From: Octopus sinensis
Lineage: Eukaryota
DNA: 64,000 nucleotides
Assembly (NCBI RefSeq): GCF_006345805.1
Contig: NC_043008.1
Span: forward strand, 46,934,001 to 46,998,000
Direction of reading: 5' to 3'
A model generated the notes under the pieces. It did no database searches, was not told the origin of the DNA, and saw only the letters and a list, made by a program, of their open reading frames with translations. This document shows, piece by piece, positions 40,170 to 54,194 of this stretch. Position 1 is the first letter of the stretch, and each line of letters starts with the position of its first letter. A program made the translations under genes and the position numbers.

Positions 40170-40700
40170 TTTAATTATTATGACCAACAAATGTCCTTAA
40201 ACTTGTGCCTGAGGTCAATGTGGTGAGAGCTAAAGGTATTGGCAGAAGCATTGATTGCTGTTTCGCTGTCACAACTGTGATGCGGATGCGTCGTCAGAAC
40301 CGAAATGATGTGGAACAGCATGCGATTTATAGAGGTCTCTATGGACTTCCAATCAATTCCACTCTCCAGAATCACAAATGCATTCAACACCTGTCTCAAG
40401 TCGTGGGATACACGACCATTGAGGGTGGTGGCAGTAGGATGGATTCCGGCTTGAGTATAGGAAATGAGGGTTTTCTGTCCGGAAGAGTTTAAAAAGCAAA
40501 TACAAATAGGATTATAGAAACAGAGGAACTGAGACCATGACATCACAGCAGCACCGTTGCTTGGAGTTTTAGAATTGGTGGGCGATAATACTTTATCCTT
40601 AGAAATGGAACTGGACAGACAGGAGAGCCAAAAGTTTCATTTCCCCCAGGTAAGGAGAGAGTTGAAGTAGGATAACTCAGTTACAGAGAGCAGCATGAAA
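40170..40700 (-). mobile_element. Possible decayed LINE APE fragment
   Basis: YYRPP motif and an IDWKSI linker-like segment across frameshifts. Confidence 0.3.
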
Positions 40701-41239
40701 TCAGAAAAATATCTCAAAATAATAAATTATTCAACTGAACAGAAAGAGGTGTATCCTTAGAGTTTCAGCTGTTTCGCATCTAGAACATACTAAAGAGAGT
40801 AATTGGCTGCACGAGCCTCGAATATGCGATAAATGTGAGTTACGTATTGGAGTAATCTGACATAACCTAGACAGGAGTTTCTCACACGTCTAAGCGAGAA
40901 TTTTATATGATTTCCAATTGTTTTCTATTTAAAATATTTCTTGTTTGAATTATTTTTTTGTGTAATATTTTAATTATTTCGTGTGAAAATTATAAACTTC
41001 TAAACAGTCCCAGAACTAAAAGTTATGTATATCTACCCTCCACTCATCATTATATGGTTAGAAGGGGTAATTGCAAATAATAATATTTCATCGTTTTTCA
41101 CAAAGTAAAATAGTCCGTCCCGACAGAGGGGCACTACCTCCTCGAAAGTATACCATCAAACAGTTTAAAGCAAATTATAATCATAAAAATTTAACAAAAT
41201 CTAAAATAAACATCCCTCTACATATAGAGTTCAGGTGTG

Positions 41240-41465
41240 TCGTGTGCCCTGGGACTCCTAAGGCCAGATCTCACCTCGCTTTTCAAGGCATACAACTGGC
41301 TGAGGTTTCAACATCTACCCTCTGGATGGAACGCCTGACCGTTGTAAATTTAACTTCCCAGCTACAGCTCAAACAGTTTTACACCTGAATGAACCGAGTT
41401 ATGAATGAACACATCGTGCGACCCGGGTTCGAAATCGAAATGACGACCTTAAACATTAGACCACA
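41240..41465 (-). mobile_element. Degenerate tRNA-derived SINE
   Basis: A/B-box-like GTGGTCTAATG ... TTCGAACCC at the 5' end of the rc. Confidence 0.45.
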
Positions 41466-43126
41466 GACAAGTATAAAAATCGTAGAGAATAAAACTGTGT
41501 CCATGCAGTAACTTTCAGAATAACAGACAACGCGCATGATAGGAACAGCAAGCAGAACATATTTATCAAATTCTATTCTTATCAGGTGTACTTCGTAATA
41601 AGAAACGAAATGATTATTGATTGGATGTATTCCTTGCTTCAGATGAATGACATCCTGGAAGAGACTAACATCTAGGTGTGATGCATTGTGTCTTGGTGTG
41701 TATACAGGGAGCTACCTTGTCTTAAAGGCGGAACAATTGGAAAGAGTTCTCGCAAGCCGCTTCAGGGAAATCCAATTTCTGATGAGCAATAGGTTGTGTG
41801 GCCAAGTTGTATGAGAAAGATAAACTTTTCAACAAGTCTTTAAATATTTGTATAGTCAAAACGAATTGGTCAATAATAAAGATAATTTTAGCGTCGCTGA
41901 AAATGGCTCGGAATTCAATATGCAGACATTTAGTGCCGACAAAATCTTCGCAAATATGTATACGAACGTCATCACCATTATGTAATGAAACAAGCTTAGA
42001 AAACCATCACAAATTTGCACTGCAGGACCCCGTCCCACATCATAAAAATATGAAGCTATCAACTAATATGGATGGGGAATAGAAAAAAACTGTTGAAAGG
42101 AAACATCAGACTTTACTACTACACAAATGCACACAAAATGTGTCAAGGGGTTAAACTTGCCGCGAAGAAAAGATGCGTTCATTTATGTTTTATTGTCTTT
42201 TCTCCATCTCTCTCTTCCAATATACTCAACTTTCCGTTGGTGTTCGTTTTTTTTATTGTTATTAGTTACTTATTCATTCATTCAATTGTTGCCTGTTTGT
42301 AAAACTTTTTGGTATTTCACTAAAATTTTTTATTCTCTTGCGAGAAGCAGTCGTGTTTTTGAAAGCAGTTAATTCCCTATGTTTTCGACGTTTCTTCTGT
42401 TTTTATTCTTTTGTTCTTTTCGTGTTTATTCTTTTTTCAATGTTGTTGATGCTATGCTCTCCTCTTCTTTTGCCTCCAACGCCAACAGTTTTATTGAAAG
42501 TTCACATTTTCAGTCCACCATCCTTTTGTTGTCTCTTTTACATTTTCCTACAGAATTCTAGAGCTACGCTTACAATTATCAGTTTGAGGTTTTATTTATT
42601 TTATCCCATGTTATGGCGGTGTAGTTTTGCTACAGTCCCCATTTTTCAAGCGGCTCCTGCAACTGATTAATTCATTTTCTATTCTAATTTAGGCAACTTA
42701 TTGCCCAGAATAGAAATCGTTGCAAGATGCTATGATATTTTATCCAGAGCGCTTCCTGGTCGTTGTAGCATGAGAAGGTATTCAATTGTCATCTTCATGG
42801 GCTTTATAACGTTCGCCTCTTCATTTTCCTCCGTGTTTCAGTTAAATTCTCCTGAACTGTTGATATTTGCTGATGTTTATACGTAATAGTTCGCCGTTAG
42901 ATCTGCTGACAACAATATAATTTCATCAATTTGTGTATTATGTCGTTACGATCGGAACTACTGTTGCCTCCGTCAGTCATTTGCTGTGAGCCTTTTAAAT
43001 TTGAAGCGCAACTTCGTTGACTTCTTTCGTTTTAGTTTCTGTCATTTTGAATTCGTGGTTTCAAATGTGTTACTTCCATTCTTTAAAAGGTTTAAAGATA
43101 ATATATATATACATATATATATATAC

Positions 43127-43170
<44 letters not shown>

Positions 43171-43599
43171 ACATTATCAGCTAGATTCTTATGGAATACT
43201 TTCACTGTATTCTGTTGTCATTTTTTATCGTTATTTAAATGCTTTATTTTAAATTCAAATGTACGGACGTCTTATGTTCCCTGTGTATTATATCTTTAAG
43301 TTTCTCTATTGCAAGTATTTGTTCCTGTTTCTTTTCATTAAATATCTCTGTATGTTTGTTTGTTTATTTGTTGCTGTTAGGTTTTGCATAATCCTCTACG
43401 TTTTCTATTTAACCGCTTATCTCATAGTACTTGTTTGTTGCTGTGGTTTTCTTTTTAGAGATAGTATTGACATGCTATGTGTGTGTGTGTATGTGTGTGT
43501 GTATATATATATGCATCATTACCGTTTGCATATTATTCCTTAAGTATTGTTCCTTAATTTGATTTTTGAGCATTGACAGACACATCTGTTTGGTTTTAA

Positions 43600-43990
43600 C
43601 CATTTCAGTGTAGATTCCTTCCCAACTACGATCTAGGGCAAGCTTTTCCTATCTCATCTATCAATCTGCTGCAAGCACAATGCGTTGTATAATGCGGGAC
43701 AGGAACTTGTTCCTCATTAGCATTGTTTGCTCCTCATTTTTGTATTGTATATTAACAGTCAATAACATCCACTATTACGGATCAGTACTTTCTAAAATAC
43801 ATCTAGTTTGCCTCGTTGTTCAGTGAAATAGATCTGGTCAACAAAACCTGCTCTACCCTGGTTAAGCAACAATAATATACAAGGACATGCGCGCAGAAAT
43901 TTCGTCATGAGTCTTGTAAGCACGCTCTGGTGCTTCTACAAGTAACGTTAAGTGGAAGGTCCGTCTAGATTTTAACATTGAGCACTCTTG
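43600..43990 (-). mobile_element. Possible decayed RTE-like RT fragment
   Basis: LL.APERAYK...QGRAGFVDQIYF resembles RT domains 1-2. Confidence 0.3.
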
Positions 43991-44489
43991 TCTCGAAATG
44001 ACCTGCAAATGGTCAGTCTTGTTGACAAAATGAATTCATAACGTTTTAAGTAAGGCGATTGCAATAAACATAAACAACGCAGTTTATCGATTTTTCTTTC
44101 TGATTGGTTCGTCCATGAACAAAGTTCAGTTACTTTTCAAATAGTAGTTTGTTTTTTTTGGGGGTTTTTTGTCATGCTTTCAGATAGTCTATGATGTTGA
44201 AAGTATGTTTCGTTTTGACTCATTCGTTTCAAGTGTCTGGCTGTCTCTTCATTTTCCTGTGTGAATGTGTATATTGTATAAACGGTGAATTTTATGTCAT
44301 TTAATCACATCTAATGCATGTAATATGATAAACATCATTTCAAATTACTTCATTTGTTCCGATTTGTTTTGTTTGTTTTCAAAATTTCATTTTGCTTTCT
44401 TTTACTTCTCGTGGAAGTTGATCTAATCTACGCACTTGCTCGTTAAGCGACTCTATTATTAGAACTAATTATTAATATTATCATCGTTA

Positions 44490-44522
<33 letters not shown>

Positions 44523-46024
44523 ATATTATAATTATCATCGTCATCATCACCGTTATCGTTACTATCATCGACTTCATCTTCTTCATCGTCGATGCCGTTA
44601 GGTTTTTTCATGAGTCTTCATTTTGTGTTTTCGTTGCACATTCGTTACTGAAAGCAGTTCTGTGTCACTGATGTAACTGCAGCATTTTTACTTAGATTTT
44701 GTTGTCTATTGTTATAAAATTTATTTCAGTAATATCTAAGCGGTGCCTTGTAGTGCTATTCTCTAGATTCTTACATATTTTAAGTCCAGACACTGTATCT
44801 TTCTACTCGTATGCCTGATATAAACAAATACACGCATCAATAGAGATGCGTATTAGCCTCATAAATATTCTACAACTAAATCCAGTTTTTTATATAATTA
44901 AATGATGCATCCTTGTTTTGGAGAGATATATTATCTATTTTGTTTTGGAATTAAACGCTCATACGGTGCCATATCATTTCCCTGTGTCCTTCATAAAAAT
45001 AACTGAATGATTAAACTTCATATCCATGTCTGTATGTATTGGAATATTCCAGAAAGTGGTAATTTCTTTATAATGTAAATTTTACAGGTGTTTGCTTATA
45101 ATGCTTAATATTTCATAGCGCAAGCAGACCCTCTTTTGTATATAAGTCTCAACTTCGTGGTATAGGTGGTTGTATGTTTTCTAACTTATATCAGAGCAGC
45201 CAGAGAAAATGGCATCATTTCTTTCCGCTCAGGTGCACATATTCTGCTCTTACTATATTCGGTTTCTTTATATGGTTTCCGCGGGTTTCTGTGGTAGAAC
45301 TAATCCTGTCTTGCAGTAAAGAACCTTTCAGCAAAAGACTTGGAGACAGGATTTCTCAACACTTTACACAATTTCCGTAGTGGTTTCTCTCCAATAGGTT
45401 TGTAAATTGAGCTATTGTGAGGGAAATGGCCAGAATAGGAGAAATATTCAAAGTATACTCTTGAATCTATGGGCAGCACTAATTGACACTACTTTGCTGC
45501 TCAACTGTATCAAAAAGACTGTATCACCCACGTGCCCACCACTTATCAATAAAAAAATCTGCTTTGTATTTCTTGGTTTCCTTGGAGACAGAGAACAGAT
45601 TTTCTTTTGTTTTGTGTTTCGTAGATGCTTTTATTAATTTTCCATGTTACTTTGCAGTTCTGCAGTAAATAGTTTTTAACAGTTTTCCTATTTCATAAGG
45701 CATCTAAACATCTTTATTGATGGTAAATCAAGTCAGTTTCTATCCGATTTTGTGCGGTGTAGTCTAAAGCAGCCATTATTATCCAGTTTTATTGTGTAAT
45801 ATTGTTAGATTATTTATTGTCCAGTTCAAAATATTATAACATATTAGAGGGACAGCTACAGTATTGATGCCTGGCGTCTGCTTTAAGTAATAATGTAATG
45901 TAACAGTTATTCGTTCATATTTTTTCGTTTGTTGTTCACTGTCCACTTCATCGATTCCTAAGTATTCTTATGTCTATGATTGTTCTAATTCTCTTATCTG
46001 TAATTTTCGTAATTAATTTTCGTC

Positions 46025-46165
46025 TCTTCAAGGTTGGTTTGGTGCATTTTCTAATGTAAATCTCATATCAATGTTTCTGTTACTGTCTGCAAAAGTGGTT
46101 CCAGTTAATTATTTGCAGAATACAACTTGAGATTATCGATATACAAAATATAATGAGTGTCTTGC
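46025..46165 (-). mobile_element. R4/Dong-like RT fragment (YxDD region)
   Basis: HYILYIDNLKLYSANN*LEPLLQTV..DMRFTLE resembles HLLYMDDLKLY...LLQTV..F..DIGMKFGLEKC. Confidence 0.5.
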
Positions 46166-47429
46166 CGTAGCATTTTACTACGAAGCCAGTCCTGCGCAAC
46201 ACGTCTACTAAGCTGTATGAGTCATGTGTTTTCTCGTACGCTTCTTGCTAAGGGTTCGCGTTCGGGTTGTTGGGCGAGTCGTCTGAATCCATTATTCACT
46301 ACAAAGCAGATAGAGCAATATTGGCGTTGAATTTGCAGAAAATCACTGTGGTTGCACCATCTTTCTGCTGCCCCTCTTGGTAACGAATATTGTTAAATAT
46401 TAAGAGGTATGTCAGAGTGAAGTGTGTACACTCCACCAGTTGGAAGTTGGATGGCTGTAACGAACACTGCTAAAATAAGGAACATACTCGAAGCATGCCT
46501 TCACGTCTGGGAACAACTTTTAAAAGAAAGCCTAGAAGGAAGCCCTTAATTTGGTATACGTGGTGATCTTGAATCTCTGTGGATCACTGTTTGGGATTCA
46601 ATTTCTATTCTCCTCTATCAAAATCCCTCTATTCTGCATGAACTCCCCATTTATTAGTGTACCATAGACAGTTCTTTTCTATTTCATTCGACCATTCCTT
46701 CCATCGTACATTTTGTAAAATTCAACATTATGCATGGCCTGCTTTTATAATGTTTCTTTCAGCCGAAACATTTATGAGTAAATATTAGAGATTATTGTTG
46801 TCATCCTTCATCCTTTAATCAATTGAGACAAAAGCTTGCCGAGTGTGATAAGCTAGGACAAAACAAGTTATGAAATAGAATACTTCCAACTTTCTAAGTG
46901 CTCCTCTTAAAAATGTACTTGTATAATCGTGATAAAAACTTAAAAGGAAGGATGCTGATATAGATACGTGATGTGTGTGTGTGTGTATGTGCGCGTGTGT
47001 GAGTGCGCTTGCGTTATATGTTTGGTGTAAATGTATGCATCTGATATAGATGTATGTGATAAAAATTTCAAAGCATATTTAGTGTTATGTGTGATAAAAC
47101 AAAACAGTGATATTAAGAGTAGAAAGGAAAGCATAAAAACTGAAATAAAGATTGTGTGCATAAATTATTATTGAATATTTGTTTGTAAATATTGTTTCAG
47201 CGTAGAATTCGGAAGTTTAAATATAAAGGAATTCATGAGAAATGTTAGAGGAAAACACAAAACGTTGGGCGTGCATCAGATCAATTCATTGCGACCCTAG
47301 AAATTGTGGTTGATTTGAGAGAAACTGGGAAATCCTAACGACAAAGTCACATGTATTTCGGTGCGTATGTATTAAATAGGTATTTTCATTATACATTTTC
47401 AATTAAATTCCCATGTAAATTGTTAATTA

Positions 47430-48075
47430 TTTCTTAGTGATCATGTTACGTTTCATTAAGTAGTGGCCTCCGATCGTTGTTTTTCCAAAACTTGTCTCTT
47501 TCATGCCACACAACTTTGAGAGCGCGACACTTGCCGTTGCGCCGGAAAAAATGTTTAATGGCATTTCTTCCGGCTGTACATTCTGAGTTCGAATTTTGTC
47601 GAGACTGAATTTGCCTTTCATCCTTGCAAGCTCTCTTCATTTATAGACGATCAATTGTCTGCACTTGAACAATCGGCTCCAGCCATGGTTAAGGGTTTTC
47701 TTGTCTTCCTGTCCAACTCCTTTGGCTTATCCTCTGTCAACTTTAGATTTCTAACTCAAAACCAAACCAAATTTACGCGCGAATTTATTGCCGAAATTAT
47801 GTTTCTAGCATTCACCTTTGAATCAAATATCTTTCTCCATCATCGCAGACACACTTTTTATGGTATTTTTTCATATGATCATGTTTAATTACATTTGCTT
47901 CAAGTATCCCCAGGTATTTATATCCAGATTCAAGTTGAATTGCATTCAACAATTCACCATATTGCATACATATGCATTCTGTCCTGACAAACGTCTCGCT
48001 TCTCATTATCGTCACTGAACATTCTAAAAGACCAAACTCCATCTTGAGATTCTTTGAACAAACCCACAAGGATTA
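47430..48075 (-). mobile_element. R4/Dong-like RT C-terminal fragment
   Basis: KNLKMEFGLLECS...GYKYLGILEANVIKHDHMK. Confidence 0.8.
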
Positions 48076-48149
48076 AAATGTCTAATTCAGTCGCATTTTT
48101 TTGTGAACGTCTAATAATCATTGTTATCATCATCATCGTCAACATCATC

Positions 48150-48760
48150 GCCATCGTCGCCGGTGTTGCTATTGAGTGAGAGAGCAGAGCATGTCATCAA
48201 AGTGACACTTGGGTACAAATATACGAAACCTATACACCCCTCCTGACTACCCATCAGGCGCAGGCATCACAAGTATATGTGCGAAACATAATGATCGTGA
48301 TAAACAGCGCATGAACTTGCAGTTGGGGCCCAGTTAAAAGTTTCTTCAGTTCGAATAGCCCATCCCACTCAAAAGGTCTCTGAATAAGGTTTGTTTAAGA
48401 ATGATGAACGAAACACCCATGTTTCCAAGGTTGAATTATTTAAATGCCATGGAATTCCTCTCAACGCAAGGATATGATGCTCCCCCATCACCTCTGCTTG
48501 TAGTCAAGGATTCACATATCGTCAGCCATTACGGGACATGCTCGACTGATTAAGGTCAAGCAAAAGATAAGCAAATGTGTGGTAATGAGCAGAATTTTTG
48601 TAGTAGCCCATCTTTTATACAAAGACAAAGCATGTATATGATAACACTTCCAATCAGTTAAGATCAGAAACCATGAAAGCCTGTGCCTAGCACTGCATCA
48701 GAGCGTGATGGTGATAATTACGATGTTGACGTTGATCGGTTTTAAAGAACAGTTGGTATA
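48150..48760 (-). repeat. Interspersed repeat (probable LINE 3' UTR/SINE)
   Basis: Homologous pieces at ~50295-50345 and ~54020-54190. Confidence 0.6.
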
Positions 48761-48799
48761 AATCAACAACAACGTAAGCTACCTTAATACGGGACATTC

Positions 48800-49595
48800 T
48801 CCGGAGACCAAGAGTAGCAAGGGCACTTTTGTTCTGCTATGCATGCTAAAATAATCACCATGTTTATTACATTTTAGATGGAGATTGCTTTCCGTACTAT
48901 ATGGGTTGTTCCCATCAAATTTATCTTTTGTAGTTCACGGAAAATGGAGTTACGAGGAAGTTGCTTAATATACTTCTCGGCTCCATTCTTTATCCTTCCC
49001 AACGCACCAATTACTACTGGCATTATCGTAGTACTAAGCTCCCACGCTTTTGTATTTTCTATTTGCAGATGTTTATCATGTGAAAGCTTTTCGTATTCTT
49101 TTCTTAAGACATTGTGAGACAGACATATCTATTAACAGACACGTACCGCTGTTGTAGTCCTTGATCACAATGTCTGGTCGATTGGAGTCAGTCCAATCTG
49201 TGTTTGTATTGGGAAGTCCTAAACTATGAAGACGCCCTCCTCATTTACTATATCCTCTGGATGTTAACTGTACCGCCTATCATGGGATTTTAGTGTGTGG
49301 TCTTTACAAGCATTTCCAGTGGATGTATTTCCCTAGTCTATCCTGATTTGTGAGGTACTTCTTTCCAGCGAGGACTGGTCGACCAGAAACAACATCATCA
49401 ATTGTCTCTGGGACTTTCCCGCAAAATCTGCGCGAGGGACCAGATCCATCTTTAAAAACGTTTGGCAGTTGTTTGAAGCAGATAAGCTTTGAGCTTGCAC
49501 TGCAGCCACAGACCTTTCTGCTTCCTCTTTCAGACCGGTCCCTTGTAGCCATTGGTCTGTTAGATTTTGATCAATATCTGGTTTGGACAAGCGGT
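48800..49595 (-). mobile_element. R4/Dong-like 3' end (zinc motif + RLE endonuclease)
   Basis: FCGKVPETIDDVVSG...YIHWKCL; RPDIVIKD...LLIDMS (PD..D RLE motif); PVVIGALG; 5' end abuts (TAA)n. Confidence 0.85.
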
Positions 49596-49619
49596 TATTA
49601 TTATTATTATTATTATGTG

Positions 49620-49800
49620 AAAACTCACTGCATATATTGCTGGGTATGATGGAAAGTATCAGCCGTCCAGAGCCAGCAGACTAAACTGACACTTGTTTAC
49701 TGGTCATGCTTCAAGAACCCCGCGAAGAATTCTTGCAGTTCTAAGCAATGCTGATTTTTGTAGGCGTTCTACCTTTACACTTATATCAATCGTCTTGAGC
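49620..49800 (-). mobile_element. Short R4/Dong-like 3' end
   Basis: LQKSALLRTARILRGVLEA*; (TAA)n on both sides. Confidence 0.75.
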
Positions 49801-49839
49801 CATTATGTTGTTATTATTATTATTATTATTATTATTCCT

Positions 49840-49990
49840 TCGTAACAGAGTGTAGGTTAAAATGCACTTGAGTCTTTAGTCATCTGTCAAATCATAAAAA
49901 GGATCTCAGACAGATAATGCATTCCTAAGATGTGCGTTGTACCCAACAAGGCTGCTTTTTGTAAGACATCAATCTTGCCTGGGATTTCCT
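49840..49990 (-). mobile_element. Short R4/Dong-like 3' end
   Basis: LQKAALLGTTHIL; (TAA)n on both sides. Confidence 0.7.
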
Positions 49991-50025
49991 ATTATTATTA
50001 TTATTATTATTACAACTACTACTAC

Positions 50026-50073
<48 letters not shown>

Positions 50074-50076
50074 TAC
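49991..50076. repeat. (TAT)n microsatellite
   Basis: Direct inspection. Confidence 0.95.
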
Positions 50077-50254
50077 GGCACCGTGCTGGCAGAATCGGTA
50101 ACGCGCTGGACGAAATGCTTAACGGTATTTTGCCCGTTGCTACGCTTTGAGTTCAAATTCCGACGAGGTCGACTTTGCCTTTCATGGTTTCGGGGTCGAT
50201 GTAATCGACGCCTCCCTTCCCCAAAACTGATGTCCTTGCAGCAAAATTTGTAAC

Positions 50255-50255
<1 letters not shown>
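50077..50255 (+). mobile_element. tRNA-derived SINE (family 1) within (TAT)n
   Basis: GGCACCGTGCTGGCAGAATCGGTA ... GAGTTCAAATTCC (B box) ... GACTTTGCCTTTCAT; (TAT)n on both sides. Confidence 0.85.
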
Positions 50256-50291
<36 letters not shown>

Positions 50292-50939
50292 GAGAGATAG
50301 TTAAACATGCCATCAGAAGTGACACTGGCGTACAAATATTCAAAGCCACCATCATCATCATAATCTTCATCATCAACATCACCATCGTCATCATCAAAGC
50401 AATCATCATCTTATAGTTGTTTAGAAATAAACAGATGACTTACAGGCCATTCCATTGCCGTCTTTCATTTATTGTAATTAACGAAAAATATTTTTTTTAC
50501 TCATTGTCAAAATTTTATGGAGAAAAATTTTTGAAAGTATTCAGTGTCCACCTTATTTGCCTCCAGGTCATCACCAGGATTCCTTTTCGATTTGCTATAT
50601 TTTAAATTTTGTAAGCATTGCTCGATCATATTTTACCGTAGCTTCTGCTGGAATTGCGAGGAATCGTACAAAGAGGGAAAGTGATAGCGCCGTAGACGCC
50701 CCAAGGAAATATTTAATACAAAATTTTGAAAGACAGACAGAAACAATAGAATTAAAATAAAAGTTAAAGAATCAGACAGAAACAGGTTTTTAAACTTTGG
50801 AAAACATAAAGAAGCAACAAATTCGTAAATAATTCAGTCTTGCTAATTTGGGAAACATTAAAGATTTCTTCGCAGTGTTTGGAACGAAGATTAGATAATG
50901 TGGGAGGATTGTGTTGCAAGGCAATGCATTATTGTTGTT

Positions 50940-51130
50940 GTTACATGAAAGCTCACAGCTTATGTTACTGGGAATGATGGAAAGTGTCGGCAGTCCACAG
51001 CCAGCAGACTCAGGTGACACTTGTTTACTGGTTATGCTTCAAGAACCCTGCAAAATACTTTTGCAGTTCCAAGCAATGCCGATTTTTGTAGGTGTTCTAC
51101 CTTAGCACTTGCATCGACCTTTTTCATCCA
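50940..51130 (-). mobile_element. Short R4/Dong-like 3' end
   Basis: HLQKSALLGTAKVFCRVLEA*; similar to 49620-49800. Confidence 0.75.
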
Positions 51131-51289
51131 TGCTGGTAGTTGACTTCTGATTCTTACAATTGAACCAATTACTATTGGTATCACGTCTAGTCTCTTCATT
51201 GACCAGATCCTTTATATTTCCCACTTCAAATCTTCATTGACCACAACCTTCGTATTTCCCGCTTCGAATATTATCATCATATTATGTTT

Positions 51290-51530
51290 AATTTTTGCTT
51301 TGCATAAGTTGGCTCTAAGTCTCACTCAGAGACCTCAAGACGCAAGTTAGAAATACCTGTTGGCGTTATGCCTAGGGTGTCATATATTTGGTTTTGCACA
51401 TGGTATTGTGCTAGAGAATGTTTAAGAAACCATAAGAAAATTATGAGTTTGTTGTAAAATTTGAGATTACATAGTACTTTACGTAGGATATGGGCAGTTT
51501 CCATGAGCACTATCTTTTAAATTTCTGCCA
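51290..51530 (-). mobile_element. Short R4/Dong-like 3' end (different subfamily)
   Basis: KIVLMETAHILRKVL; TAA-rich 5' flank. Confidence 0.65.
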
Positions 51531-52519
51531 TTTTTAGGTTATTATTTTAAATATTATTTATTATTATTATAGTTATCAGCAGAGCAAACTACAGTTAACA
51601 TCTCTGTAATTTTAGTAACTGAATCACATATAGATCACAGATAATTGTTACGTTCAGTTTTGAAGTGTGTACCATCGTGGAAGTCAAATCCTTTGCCGCT
51701 GACAGGTGAGTTTATCTTAGTGTGTTCTCCCCGATTATGGGAGACATCAGAGTTAAATTTTATTTCGGTAATGTAAATATTTGTATACTTCCATCATGAA
51801 GAGAGCCTGAGACAACACAATGAAGCTTGTTTATGAGAGGGGAGGGTCGAAAATTGACCAGAGTGTAAAGTGAAACAGTAGCAACTTAAAAGATAAACAG
51901 AGAAATGAAAATATTACACAAATAAAGCATCAAAGCCACCATCACCACAATCATCATCATCAACAACAACAACAATAACAACAACAACAGTAACTTAAGA
52001 AACAACAACAAGAACAATACTTTTGAAGACGAAGAGAAAATAAAAAATTGTGACAAAAAAACGTTGAGGCCAAAAGCAACAACACATCTTTCGCCAAAAT
52101 TGAGATGAGAGGAGCAATTCTTTGGAATGTGATTTTGTGAAAGATTTCAGAAAATGCCTGGTGAAGCCTTCCCTCTATGCTCTACTTCCGTGTGAAAACG
52201 ATTGGTTCAAGAAAAACTTTGCTCCATATTATTTTAGCAAGAAGAGCAGAGAGAATTGAATATCCAGCCTACCCACACACTCAGCATAGGCTGGAAAATA
52301 CGTGAAAGTTGGGAGCAGTTCAATTTGGCATGCAATGAGAGGGAAGGAGTATATATATTTATGGTAGTAACAACATACCATAACTAAAAAAGATACCTAT
52401 ACACAGATGCTCGTCATAAAAGCATATGTCAATTCCATCCTATCAGGGGAGACGAAAGGATGGAGACGAAGAAAGTTACATTTACGAACGTAGCTCCATA
52501 ACCAAAAGTTTAGTATTTA

Positions 52520-54000
52520 AGAAAGATACACGATAAATATGGCGACGTACTCACCATGTAGTCATCCGCGAAGGAAAACTGGTCAAAATGGAAGTAGAGA
52601 TGATGCTCTTAGTAGAAAATATTCACAAGGCCTTTCACATCTTTTACATGATGGCGGGAAGTCCAGAAAATTAGTGATGGGGAGTAGAAAAATATGTTAC
52701 GCCAGTGGGAGTTCTTGTGATCAAAAGGATTTCGGCCTTCATTTACAGAAAAATTAAGCCATCGCTATTACCAGGACAACAGCCACATCATGTAGAGCAT
52801 TTAAGGACACCTAGACGAAAATCATGACACAGATAACAAAAGTGAGATAGAGCCGCCACGGATAACAATAGTGAGAAAGTGAAAAAGGAGGGTACTGAAA
52901 CATACACTGAGGGCACTATAAAAACGGCATTGGAGATGCCCCGAACATTCGAGCTTCTCGAAAATCAAAGTGAGTCATCTCCACTTGATGTGAGTGGAAC
53001 GCGTGAAGGTGAGTGACCTGGGGTCATCCTTAAAGGAATGTAATTTGCTCAAAGCTCCCAGGTCGCTTGGAATGGAAGCAGTAGCCATCAGTGAAATGAA
53101 AACAGTTTGTCCGCATGCGCTGGCGCACATTTTACACGATTATAAGATATACTTAATTCTTGCCCAATCAGGTTGAGGAGTTGGGATTGCAGTGCTTATC
53201 CAGAAACCCTTAGATTTCAAATTATGAGTAATCCTCTAGGATCCGGAGAGTAGATTGGTGGCAGCCTTTAGGCTCGTAGCCGTTTAAGGCTTGATAGGGG
53301 CTTCAAGACTAGATATCTTTAGATGCCTAGAAACATTCGTAGTAACGTTTCGCACATATTAAGAGCATTTAGGACGTACGCAACGACTATGTGGGGCCAG
53401 CGTATAGCAGAACGGCGTACAAAAACCTCGGAAAACTCTCCACAAACTACCGGTTGTCTGAGAGGTACCGACCAGATTTCTCTAATGTGTCAATGTGGAC
53501 ATGAAGAAACCACAGCGGTTCATGCGGATCGTGTATTTGCTAATTCTGTTGAGAGAAATTGCGTATTTTGTCTACTATCCAAAGTGGTTAGCTAGAAAAC
53601 CCACAAACTTGTGATCTGCTCCGTGAATTTACATAGGATTCATTTATATGGACCCAGTTACTCGACGTTGAGCGCATCATTAGCAGCGCTCTGATTAGTG
53701 AAGTAGATAAGCGACAGTTGACTGACGTAGAAATCTGTCAACAATCGATTGTGGGTCACTCTGATGATGATATCGATTAGTATAAAATCAATAGCGTTTA
53801 GCAAAGAGCTAGCAACAGAAACAGATTAGAGAGAACCAGTTAGCAACCGAGAAGAGTGGATTAGTAAAAGCATCATGGCCGACGTGAAAGCGACGAGAAT
53901 AACCCTTGATCATTTCTTCGAAGCAAAATATGAAGGCTGCATTGTCAGAGGTAAGAGCTGTGCGCTGAAACACGAACGACCCGAACGGTCGAGACATCCA
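52520..54000 (+). mobile_element. Decayed Tx1/L1-like element (ORF1 end, APE, linker)
   Basis: AVAISEMK, GIAVLIQKPLD, DPESRL, GHSD; LDHFFEAKYEGCIVR homologous to ~58225-58275; 5' limit uncertain. Confidence 0.7.
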
Positions 54001-54194
54001 GCCATAAGAGACAGTGCTTGGTATTGTGTTCAGGGCATTCCTCTCAACACATGACTAGGATGCCCCACCACTCCTTCTGATCATGATCGGAGATTTACAT
54101 ATCGTCAGCCATTTTCAATTTGATAAGATCAAGCAACTGACAAGCAAATCGATGATATTGAGTTGAATATTTGCTGTAGTCCATCTTTTATACC

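Noticed and set aside
40243-40305. Minus-strand CUGACGA...GAAAC hammerhead-like spacing
   Set aside because: Stems I and II barely pair and there is no proper C-G/UH junction; roughly one such hit is expected by chance in 64 kb
53761-53800. Isolated CTGATGA/CTGACGA motifs (also rc at ~1250, ~48520, ~54105)
   Set aside because: No matching stem II + GAAAC; the 53761 hit is the SD codons of a Tx1 APE
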